This document shows, in pieces, positions 26,030 to 37,090 of a DNA stretch of 64,000 nt; position 1 is the stretch's first letter; every line of letters begins with the position of its first letter. Source of the DNA: an uncultured delta proteobacterium (GTDB taxonomy: Bacteria > Myxococcota > Kuafuiibacteriia > Kuafuiibacteriales > Kuafuiibacteriaceae); contig CAWDML010000004.1 in the NCBI GenBank assembly GCA_963803435.1, positions 64,001 through 128,000 on the forward strand, written 5' to 3'. Made by a program: the position numbers and the translations under genes. The notes beneath the pieces are model-generated. The model did not search any database. It saw nothing but the letters and a program-made list of their open reading frames with translations, and had not been told where the DNA came from.

Positions 26030-28342
26030 TCAAGAGCCGCTCGGCGCATCGGGTTCCTCCGTCTGCGCGACCGACGAGGGCTCAGGGTGAAGCCGCTGGT
26101 ACACCAGGTAGCTCTCCATGGCGCGGCGAACGTAAGCCCGCGTCTCGTCATACGGTATCCGCTCGATGAAGGCGTCGGGATCGAGCCCGTCGAAGCGGCG
26201 GCCCCAGCGGTCCATCGCCGCCGGCCCCGCGTTGTAGGCGCCGAGGGTCCGCGCCACCTCTCCGCGGTAGTGGTCCAGGAGGAACCGGATATACCACGCG
26301 CCCAGCCAGATGTTGGCCTCGGGCCGGCTGTAGCGCCGGGCGTGCAGGCGGGCGCGGCGATCCTTTCGCCCGATCCAGCGCGCCGTCTGCGGCATCAGCT
26401 GCATCAGCCCGCGCGCGCCGACCGGGCTGACCGCCTCGGGGCGGAACAGGCTCTCCGTCCGCATCACCGAATAGACCAGGTACGGATCGAGCCCGTTATC
26501 GTGCGTCGCCGTCTTCACCGCGTCGTCGAAGGGCGTCGGGAACGCGTGGCGCCAGACGCGCCAGTAGTAGGGCCGCCGCGCCAGATCGTCGGAGTCGTCG
26601 CCCTCGGTGATGTGCCGCGCCAGCAGGAATGCCCACGCGTCCTTTCCGAAGATCTGGAACAGGTCGACCACCATCGTCGCGCCCTGGGTATCGCCGTTCT
26701 TGCGGAACTCCTCGGAGAGACCGACCAGCTCCTCCACGCCCTCGCGCTTCAGGTGCGCGGCGAAGAGCGCCGCGGCGCGGTCCACACCGATCGGGCGATC
26801 GGGTCCCAGCAGCGACACCACCTCCTCGACGGTGTGTGGGCTCGGCACCGGAGGGAGCGGGTCGAGCGTCGCCGAGACGCCCATGCCGTGCAGGCGGCGC
26901 TCGGCGAGCAGGCCGTAGAAGCCGAGCGGGGCCCGTTGAACCATGTCGGCGTAGATCTCGCCGGCGCGATCGCGCGCGCCCACGATCTCGAGCTCGCGCG
27001 CCAGCCAGTAGCGCGCCCGGGGCGCCGTCGGATGATCCGGCTGCTCCGCCAGGAACTGCTCGAACGCCTCGATGGCGACGGAGCTGGTACCGGCCAGGTG
27101 GGCGGAGAAACCGGCCAGCCACGCCGCCTTGACCGCGAGCTTGCCCTCGGCGTGGCGCTCGGTGAACGCGCGCATCCGCGCCGAGGCCACCTCGTAGTTG
27201 TCGCAGTCGTACTCGAGCTCTGCGGCCTCGAACTCGGCCTCGATCGCCTCCGGCGAGCCGCGGAACTTCTCGATCACCTCGGCGAACTGCTGCCGCGCCT
27301 TACGGTACTGGAATCGATCCGTGGAGAGACGCGCCAGCCGGAGCATCGCTCCGGGCACCGGCGCCGGATCGCGACCCGCGGCCAGCTGCCGTAGGATCGT
27401 CTCCGCCTTGTTCCGCTCCCCGCGATCTCTGAGGAGGTCCGCCTCGAGGAGCGCCGCCTCGTGATCGTTCTTCTGCTTCCGCCGCCACTGCGCGATCGTC
27501 TGCTGGGCCTGGCGGAGGCGCCCCGTCCGCGCCAGCCAGTGGACCCGCCCCAGGAGCTTCGTCCGCTCGTCGGCGCGCGAGAGCCGGCGGCGACCGGACA
27601 TCGCGAGCAACGATCGCTCGGCCTTCTGCTCCACGCGCATGTTGGGATACTCGGAGATCACCGAGCGCAGGCTATCTTGCGCGTCGCGCGTGCGCCCGAT
27701 CGTGTGCAGGGTCTCGGCGCGCATGATCGCGAGGTCCCAGTCCGGGGCCTCGTCGTCGAGGGAGTCGATCAGGCCGTCGATGTATTCGAGCTGGGCCGTG
27801 GGCTCGCCGGCCTTCCCGAGGGCCGCGATCATCCCACGGGCCGCCTGCTCGCGGACCGCCGGGACGTTCGACTGTCGGATGGCGTCGAGGTAGGCCACCC
27901 GGGCCGCGTCGAGATCACCGAGCCGGACCTCCGCCTCCGCCTGGAGCAGCGCGATCCGGTCGGGGAACATGGTGTCGATCCGGCCGATCGCCTCGAGCCC
28001 CTTCTGGACCCGGCGCGGATTCGTGGACCGCAGTTTACGCCGGAGCTGGGGATAGCCGTCCTCGGGCTCGGTCCGGAGTACGTCGCTGTGGGCCCTGCGG
28101 ACCTGAAGGTCGGGAAGAACGGCGGGATGGTCGAGGGTGTCCGGTGCCTCCTCCTCGACGTCGAGGGGAAGCGGCTCCATCGCCGGCTTCGGCGCGCAGC
28201 CGAGGACGGCGACGGCGAGTATCTCCACCGCGAAGACCGAACGCCGCAAAGGTCTTCTTCCCAGGGTGTGGCGCGGTGCACCAACCGATCCACGGGAGCG
28301 CGCCACCACGTTCGCCGCCGAACCGGTGTGGGCGGCCCCCAC
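26030..28342 (-). CDS. slt: Soluble lytic transglycosylase (Slt70-like) with TPR region, probable lipoprotein
   Basis: VMRTES, GARGLMQLMP, GAYNAG and IPYDETRAYV SLT motifs; lipobox AVLG-C. The true start is probably downstream of 28342. Confidence 0.9.
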   Translation of the reverse strand: MGAAHTGSAANVVARSRGSVGAPRHTLGRRPLRRSVFAVEILAVAVLGCAPKPAMEPLPLDVEEEAPDTLDHPAVLPDLQVRRAHSDVLRTEPEDGYPQLRRKLRSTNPRRVQKGLEAIGRIDTMFPDRIALLQAEAEVRLGDLDAARVAYLDAIRQSNVPAVREQAARGMIAALGKAGEPTAQLEYIDGLIDSLDDEAPDWDLAIMRAETLHTIGRTRDAQDSLRSVISEYPNMRVEQKAERSLLAMSGRRRLSRADERTKLLGRVHWLARTGRLRQAQQTIAQWRRKQKNDHEAALLEADLLRDRGERNKAETILRQLAAGRDPAPVPGAMLRLARLSTDRFQYRKARQQFAEVIEKFRGSPEAIEAEFEAAELEYDCDNYEVASARMRAFTERHAEGKLAVKAAWLAGFSAHLAGTSSVAIEAFEQFLAEQPDHPTAPRARYWLARELEIVGARDRAGEIYADMVQRAPLGFYGLLAERRLHGMGVSATLDPLPPVPSPHTVEEVVSLLGPDRPIGVDRAAALFAAHLKREGVEELVGLSEEFRKNGDTQGATMVVDLFQIFGKDAWAFLLARHITEGDDSDDLARRPYYWRVWRHAFPTPFDDAVKTATHDNGLDPYLVYSVMRTESLFRPEAVSPVGARGLMQLMPQTARWIGRKDRRARLHARRYSRPEANIWLGAWYIRFLLDHYRGEVARTLGAYNAGPAAMDRWGRRFDGLDPDAFIERIPYDETRAYVRRAMESYLVYQRLHPEPSSVAQTEEPDAPSGS

Positions 28343-28382
28343 GCTGGGGACACGTCGCCCCCTTTCGGCTCAAGCGGGGTGC

Positions 28383-31022
<2,640 letters not shown>

Positions 31023-31052
31023 GAGGGCGAAATCATACGCTATGTTTTCGGG

Positions 31053-31811
31053 ATGAGGTGGCTGGTCGCGCTCGCCTCCGTGATGCTCGCGAGCGCGTGC
31101 GACGACCCGCCGTCGCTGCTCCCGGCGGAGACGCCCGTCTGCCTCCGCGAGGAAACGCCGACCACGTACGAGGTCTACTTCGCGATCGACGTCTCGGGAT
31201 CGATGGGACCGTTCCTCACCGACGTGAAGAACGAGCTGGTCGGGTTCGCGGATAGCCTGCCCAAGTTCGACGATCAGGGGCGCTCGACGCAGGTGCAGTT
31301 CTTCGTGATCGCCTTCGTCAACGACGTCCGCTGGTATCCGGACAACGTCCGGCGGCTCCGCCAGGTGTCGCAGGTGCAGGCCGCGTTCGAGTCGGCCATC
31401 GCCGACGGGGAGGGCAACCTCAACCTCAACACGGCCACTTCGAACGCGGAGACGCAGGAGAACCTGCTCGACGCGCTGAAGGCGGTGGTGGACAACCACC
31501 CCGCCGCCGACGCCAACCTGGTCCTGCTCGCCACCGACGCGGGGTTCGCCGAGGCCCCCGACGAGCTCTCGGGGAAGGTGAAGGTTCAATCGACGTACCC
31601 GGCGATCCTCAGCGGGCTCGAGGCGGCCTCGGTCCGGGTGCACGCCTTCGCGCGTCCCGGGACCGACGGCCTGACGCGGGGCTACGCCGGACATCCTGCG
31701 CTGACGTCGCTCCCGGGCTCGACGCAGCACGACATCACTTCCCTCGTAGGCGCGCGGGCGCAGATTCGGGAGACGCTCACCGTCATCGCCGAAAGCGCCG
31801 ACTGCAACTAG
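31053..31811 (+). CDS. vWA-domain lipoprotein
   Basis: Lipobox LASA-C; MIDAS DVSGS; LATDA. Confidence 0.8.
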   Translation: MRWLVALASVMLASACDDPPSLLPAETPVCLREETPTTYEVYFAIDVSGSMGPFLTDVKNELVGFADSLPKFDDQGRSTQVQFFVIAFVNDVRWYPDNVRRLRQVSQVQAAFESAIADGEGNLNLNTATSNAETQENLLDALKAVVDNHPAADANLVLLATDAGFAEAPDELSGKVKVQSTYPAILSGLEAASVRVHAFARPGTDGLTRGYAGHPALTSLPGSTQHDITSLVGARAQIRETLTVIAESADCN

Positions 31812-31897
31812 ATTTCGCTTCCCTCGGCGATTCCAATCTGAGAGGACTCGGGGAAACCTCCGCCGCGATCCGCGGTGGATTCTTAAGGGCATTGTTG

Positions 31898-32260
31898 ATG
31901 GGTACGAAGCTTTACGTAGGCAATCTGAACTACAACACGACAGAAGGAGAGCTCCGCGAGGTCTTTGCGGAAGACGGACGCCAGGTGCAGGAAGTCGCGA
32001 TCATCATGGATCGCGAGACCGGCCGCCCGAGAGGGTTCGCGTTCGTGACCATGGCGACCGAAGCGGACGCGCGGGCAGCGATTGAAGCGCTGAACGGGTA
32101 TACGCTCGGTGGCCGCACGCTCAAGGTGAACGAGAGCCAAGATCGTCGCGGGCCCCGAAGTGGCGCCGGCGGCCGCGGCCGCGGCGGCGGTGGCGGTGGG
32201 GGCGGCGGAGGCCGTCGCGATCGCTTCGAGCGTGACTCACGTTGGGGTGACGACGACTAG
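31898..32260 (+). CDS. RRM RNA-binding protein with Gly/Arg-rich tail
   Basis: KLYVGNL (RNP2), RGFAFVTM (RNP1), GRTLKVNES. Confidence 0.95.
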   Translation: MGTKLYVGNLNYNTTEGELREVFAEDGRQVQEVAIIMDRETGRPRGFAFVTMATEADARAAIEALNGYTLGGRTLKVNESQDRRGPRSGAGGRGRGGGGGGGGGGRRDRFERDSRWGDDD

Positions 32261-32336
32261 AAGCGATTCGCCACGCCCCGGCGCCGTCGGGTGACGGCCC
32301 GGCCCTCCTGCAATCGATCCATCACACACGTCGAGC

Positions 32337-32648
32337 TCACAGCATCGGATAGGTCCGACTCTTCACCGTCCCGGTCGCCGCGTCATAGACGATGTCGTCG
32401 GGGAAGTGGAGCTGCACACCCGTCTCATCCAGCGATTTGGGGTTCGAGCCCTCGATCTGCCGATGCTGCAGGATGGCGGAGCGGGCGACCGCGAGGTCCA
32501 GCTCGACGCGGGCCCGATCGGGCTTGTCCGTGTCGAGCGGTGACCCGGCTGCGATGGGCGTGGTTCTCGGTTTCGCCTCGGGCGTGCTCTTTTGAGAGGG
32601 GCAACCGGCGAGCGCGGCCACCATCGCCAACATCACGGCAAGCTTCAT
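32337..32648 (-). CDS. Small lipoprotein
   Basis: Lipobox LAG-C; C-terminal YDAATGTVKSRTYP. Confidence 0.7.
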   Translation of the reverse strand: MKLAVMLAMVAALAGCPSQKSTPEAKPRTTPIAAGSPLDTDKPDRARVELDLAVARSAILQHRQIEGSNPKSLDETGVQLHFPDDIVYDAATGTVKSRTYPML

Positions 32649-32692
32649 GCGGTGAGGATACGTCCGCCGCCGATCCGGTGTAAGCTGACCCG

Positions 32693-33217
32693 ATGGTCGG
32701 GCGGATCTTCCGGGTGACGGTGCCCTCGGTGCACGTTCCCGAGGAGTCGCGGCCCGCGGATCATGCGTATCAGGAGGCCCGCCGGCTCAACGACGAGGGG
32801 CGGCCGAAGGAGGCGATCCGGATCCTGGAGGACGTCCTCTTCCAGGACGACGCCCATGAGGACGCCGCCATCGAGCTGGGCGCCACGTTGATGGACGTGG
32901 GTCGCCGGGACGACGCGATGGCGCACTTCGAGAGGGTGCTCTCGCTCCACCCGATGATGGCGCGGGCGCGCCTCGCCTACGGACAGTGCCTCATGCGGGC
33001 CGACGCGGTCGAGCGTGCCGTCGAGGAGTACGCGACGGTCCTGGAGCAGCAGCCGACCTGGGCGGCGCCGTTCTCTCCGTTGATCATGGCGCTCTGTCGT
33101 CTCGGACGCGTGGCCGAAGCGCGCGTGCGGCTCGACGCTCTACGGGCGCTCACCACCGACGCCGCCGATGTGGACATGCTGGACCGCCTGATCACGCGCA
33201 GCGGGCGCGCCAACTGA
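32693..33217 (+). CDS. TPR protein
   Basis: TPR-like helical repeats (ELGATLMDVGRRDDAMAHFERVL). Confidence 0.75.
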   Translation: MVGRIFRVTVPSVHVPEESRPADHAYQEARRLNDEGRPKEAIRILEDVLFQDDAHEDAAIELGATLMDVGRRDDAMAHFERVLSLHPMMARARLAYGQCLMRADAVERAVEEYATVLEQQPTWAAPFSPLIMALCRLGRVAEARVRLDALRALTTDAADVDMLDRLITRSGRAN

Positions 33218-35906
33218 CTACGTCTTGTCCGAGATGCGCCGCTTCAGGGGGACGCGCCCGATCCGCTTGGCGGCGTCCACCCGCTGGTAGTCGCTGGGAA
33301 CGCTCGGCTTGTTCATCCGCACCACCTCGGTGGGCCGCTCCTCGAGGTGCTCCTCGAGGAGGCGATCGAGCGCGCCCGCCAGGTCGGCGCCGACCGGCGT
33401 GTGGTCGCGCCCGACCTTCGCCGGATCGAGGATCAGAATCGTCCGCCAGGCCGGAGTAAGCCGGCACCAGCGGCGCGTGCGCCGGCCCCGACTCGGGCAC
33501 GTTCATCACGCGCATCGTCGGTCCCTCGATCGGCACGGGCGAAGGCTCCACCGGCGGGAGCGTCTCGTTGTCAGGGACCACCAGCGGGGGCCGCGGTGTT
33601 CCGAGGAGGTTCTTGACGGGTGCCTCGTCCTCGTCAATCCGGCGCATCGACTCGATGATCAGGTACGTGTTCGGTTTGGTGATGTTCTCGGGGCAGGTCG
33701 AGGGCCGGTACTCGATGCGGAACAGGCCCGGGCCGGGGCGCATCAACTGATAGAAGGCCTCCTCGCCCGGGAGCGTGCCGCAGACGGCGCCGACGACCTG
33801 ACCGGAGCGGACCGCGAGCTCGCCGCTGCGCTGGTCCTCGTACTGGAGGACGACGTGCGCGCTCTTGCGCCCGAGCTCGAGGCTCTGCGCGATGTCGAGA
33901 CCGGTCATGTCCTTGAGCGATCCGGACACGCCGTTGAAGGCGACCGGATTGGCGAGGACGCGCCGGCCCGACAATCGCTTCTGCACCTCCCGCCGGATCT
34001 TGGAGGCGGTGATCTCCAGGCTGAACGGCTTCACGATGAAGTCGTCGGCGCCCAGCTCGAGCGCCTTCGCCTGGCGGAAGTCGTCCCCGCGCCCCGAGGT
34101 GATGAACACCGCGGCGTCGTCGTTCTTCGAGCGCAGCTCGAGGAGCAGGTTGTAGCCGTCGATGCCGGGGAGCGCGGCGTCGAGGAACGCCACGCTCGGC
34201 CGGCAGTTGCGGAGGATGTCGCGGGCGCGCTTGCCGTCGGTCGCGACCAGGACCTCGCACTCCTCGTCGCGCACGCGCGTCACCACGTCGGCGATGCTCG
34301 CCTCGTCGGCGTCGGCGAACAGCACCACGGGCAGGCCGGCGACCGCGGAGGCCTCCACGGGAGCCTCGAAGATGGGCTCGAACTCTCCGGTCGGCTCCTC
34401 GTCCTCGACGACGTACCAGCTGGCGATCGCGGTCCGGATCGCGGAGCGCTTGGCGAGGAAGACCACGACGTCGCTCACGCCCAGGACCACCTTGGTCTCC
34501 AGGATCGCACGCTCGTCGTAGGGATCGACCACCGCCAGCCCGACCGATCGCTCGGCCTCGTTGATCGAGATGGGGAGGATCAGCGTTGCCTCGGCGGCCT
34601 CGCGCGGGAACCGCTTGAGGAGCTTGACCGGGGCCGAGAGACCCAGGAGGTCCGGCTCCGCGATGGACGGCGTCCCCGACTGCGCAGACAGGGCACGCAC
34701 CAGATCGTCCTCGCTGATGGTCCCCGAGGCCACCAGGAGCTCGCCGATCCGGCCGCCCCGCGCTCGCTGCTCGGCCAGCGCGATCTCCAGGTCACCGACG
34801 TGGATCGAGCCCTGTTCGATGAGGATCTGACCCAGCGGAACCCGCTCGCCGGGCGTCATGCTGAAGCCGCTGACCTCGGAGACGCCGGTCTTGGCGGAGT
34901 TGTCGAAGCCGCTGTGCGCCGAGACGGAGGAGCGCTCTCCCTTCGACGAGCGCGAGGAGGTGTAGCCGCCGCCGGCGGTGCCGAACTGGCGACGCATGTA
35001 GACCGCGAGATCGCGGGTGGCGGCGCGACGCGGGAGCGTGTCGGCGACGCGCGAGAGCTCTCCAAGGAGCGCGCCCATGGTCTGGTAGCGCGCGGTGCGA
35101 TCGCGTGCGAGCGCCTTGGCGCAGATCCGATCCACCGACGGAGGAACCTCAGAATTGATCGACGAGGGCGGAGGGATCGCGTGCGAGACGATCATCTTGA
35201 TCGTCTTCTTGTGGTCCTTGTTCCGGAATAGCCGGGTGCCGGTGAGCATCTCCCAGAGCACGACGCCGGCGCTGAAGATGTCGGAGCGCTGATCGATGTC
35301 CTGGCCGAGCACCTGCTCGGGCGACATGTATCCGAACTTCCCGTGGAGGTTGCCCGGCAGCTGGAAGCCGCTCTTGGTGGCGATGACGCGGGCGATCCCG
35401 AAGTCCGTCACTTTCACCTCGCCCTCGTAGGAGATGAGGACGTTCTGCGGAGAGATGTCGCGATGGATGATCCCGAGCGGCGTGCCGTCGGGGCTTCGCA
35501 TGCGGTGCGCGTAGTCCAGCCCGGTCATGAACTCGGTGGCGATGCACAGCGCCAGCCCGAGTGGGAGGCGCTCCTTGCGCCGGTACGTGTTGGAGAGGAC
35601 CGCCGCCAGATCGCGCCCCCGCACGTACTCCATCGCGATGAAGACCTGCGACTCGATCTCACCGAGGTCGTAGACCTGCACGACGTTGAAATGCTGGAGG
35701 CTGGCCGCGAGCTTGGCCTCGTGGATCAGCATCTGGGCGAACGTTTGGTTCTCGCTGTAGCGGGGGTGGATCCGCTTGAGCGCGATCAGCTTCTCGAAGC
35801 CTGAGTACCCCTGAACCTTCGCCAGGAAGATCTCGGCCATACCGCCGTCGCCGATCCGGTCCAGAATGACGTACGGACCGAACCGTTGGACTTTCGAGGC
35901 GCCCAT
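33218..35906 (-). CDS. Hanks Ser/Thr kinase fused to MshEN/T2SSE_N, REC and DUF4388-like domains; probable frameshift near 33437
   Basis: [24 protein letters not shown]; tandem MshEN motifs; REC (FLDAALP, DFIVKP); SGSLKDMTGLDIAQ...GEEAFY DUF4388-like region. Removing one base at 33437-33438 restores a GC3-rich tail ending in TAG at 33218, abutting the neighbouring stop. Confidence 0.85.
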
Positions 35907-35999
35907 CCCGCCAAGGCGAAGTCTACACCCGGGCCGGTGATGGATTCTCTCGGTATTCTCCTTGTGTCGCAAAGTCTCGAAAGGCTAGACAGGGCCTCC

Positions 36000-37085
36000 A
36001 TGATGCGGCTGGCGTCGGCTGTCGCGGGTCTCGCGCTGGTCTGGTGTGCGTGCTCCTCCGATAAGACACCTGACTCCGGCGTACCACCCGGTGTCGACGC
36101 CGCGCTCGACGCCGAGGTCGCGCCCGACGCCGAGCTGCCGTCGAAGGACGCCAGCCTCTTCGTCGCGCACGACGCCGGCGGACCGATCCCGTGCTCGATC
36201 TCCTGCGACTGTCCGCAGGGGGGCGCCTGCGTGAACGGCGAGTGCACCGCGCTGGGGACGCCGGTCTTTTGCTGCGAAAAGATCGGCTGTCCCAAGGGGC
36301 AGCAGTGCCTCGACCAGAACGATCAGCCCGACGTGTGCGAGGGCGATCCGGATCCGGCGGACGCCGGCCCCCGCGTCGACAGCGGACCCGGTCAGATCGG
36401 CGCCTACTGCGAGGCGGACCAGGACTGCGATCCCTCGATGGGCCTGAGCTGCTGGGAGCGCTTCGAGCCCCCGTTCGTATGGGGCTACTGCACGCTGGAG
36501 GACTGCGCCGTCGTCCCCTGCCCGCAAGGAGCCGACTGCATCCAGTTCGACGACGGCGTCAACCCGCTGGTCACCGGGTGCATGGAGAGCTGCAACACCG
36601 ATGTCGATTGCCGCACCGACGCCTTCTGCTTCCCGATCACCGGCGTGAGCCAGGTCGGCGTCTGCATTCCGGATTGCCGGGACGACTTTTTCGACTGCTC
36701 GCCGCGCGACGGCAGCGTCTACTGCAACCCGGCCACCGGCATGTTCATCCCCAGCTGCGACTTCACGCCGACGCACGACAACAGCGCGTTGATCGGCGAC
36801 GCCTGCATCAACAGCACGCAGTGCGCCACCGGCGACATCTGTCTGGGCGAGATCGGCTGGAACCTCGACAATGGGATGTGCTCGCACGTCTGCGACGGCC
36901 TGACCGAGGCCTCGCCGTGTCCCTCCGGCAGCACGTGCCAGTATCTGGCGAAGCCGAACGACGCGATCGGGATGTGCTTCCGCGACTGCGTCGGAGGCGC
37001 GTGTCCCGATCGCGCGGGCGCTACCTGCAGCGCCCTCCCCAACACCTCCTGGCCCACGCCGAGCTGCGTCCCGCCGGCGCCCTGA
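36000..37085 (+). CDS. Cysteine-rich lipoprotein
   Basis: Signal ending WCA-C; many short Cys-rich modules typical of myxobacterial surface proteins. Confidence 0.75.
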   Translation: MMRLASAVAGLALVWCACSSDKTPDSGVPPGVDAALDAEVAPDAELPSKDASLFVAHDAGGPIPCSISCDCPQGGACVNGECTALGTPVFCCEKIGCPKGQQCLDQNDQPDVCEGDPDPADAGPRVDSGPGQIGAYCEADQDCDPSMGLSCWERFEPPFVWGYCTLEDCAVVPCPQGADCIQFDDGVNPLVTGCMESCNTDVDCRTDAFCFPITGVSQVGVCIPDCRDDFFDCSPRDGSVYCNPATGMFIPSCDFTPTHDNSALIGDACINSTQCATGDICLGEIGWNLDNGMCSHVCDGLTEASPCPSGSTCQYLAKPNDAIGMCFRDCVGGACPDRAGATCSALPNTSWPTPSCVPPAP

Positions 37086-37090
37086 CGTCG

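Noticed and set aside
31023-31892. N-terminal 290 aa of the 1169-aa ORF as part of the glucosidase
   Set aside because: It is antisense to the vWA lipoprotein; glucosidase motifs begin only after GTG 31022.
36191-37090. 300-aa N-terminal extension of PolA in the ORF track
   Set aside because: Off-frame read of the Cys-rich lipoprotein gene; the canonical PolA start is ATG 37091.
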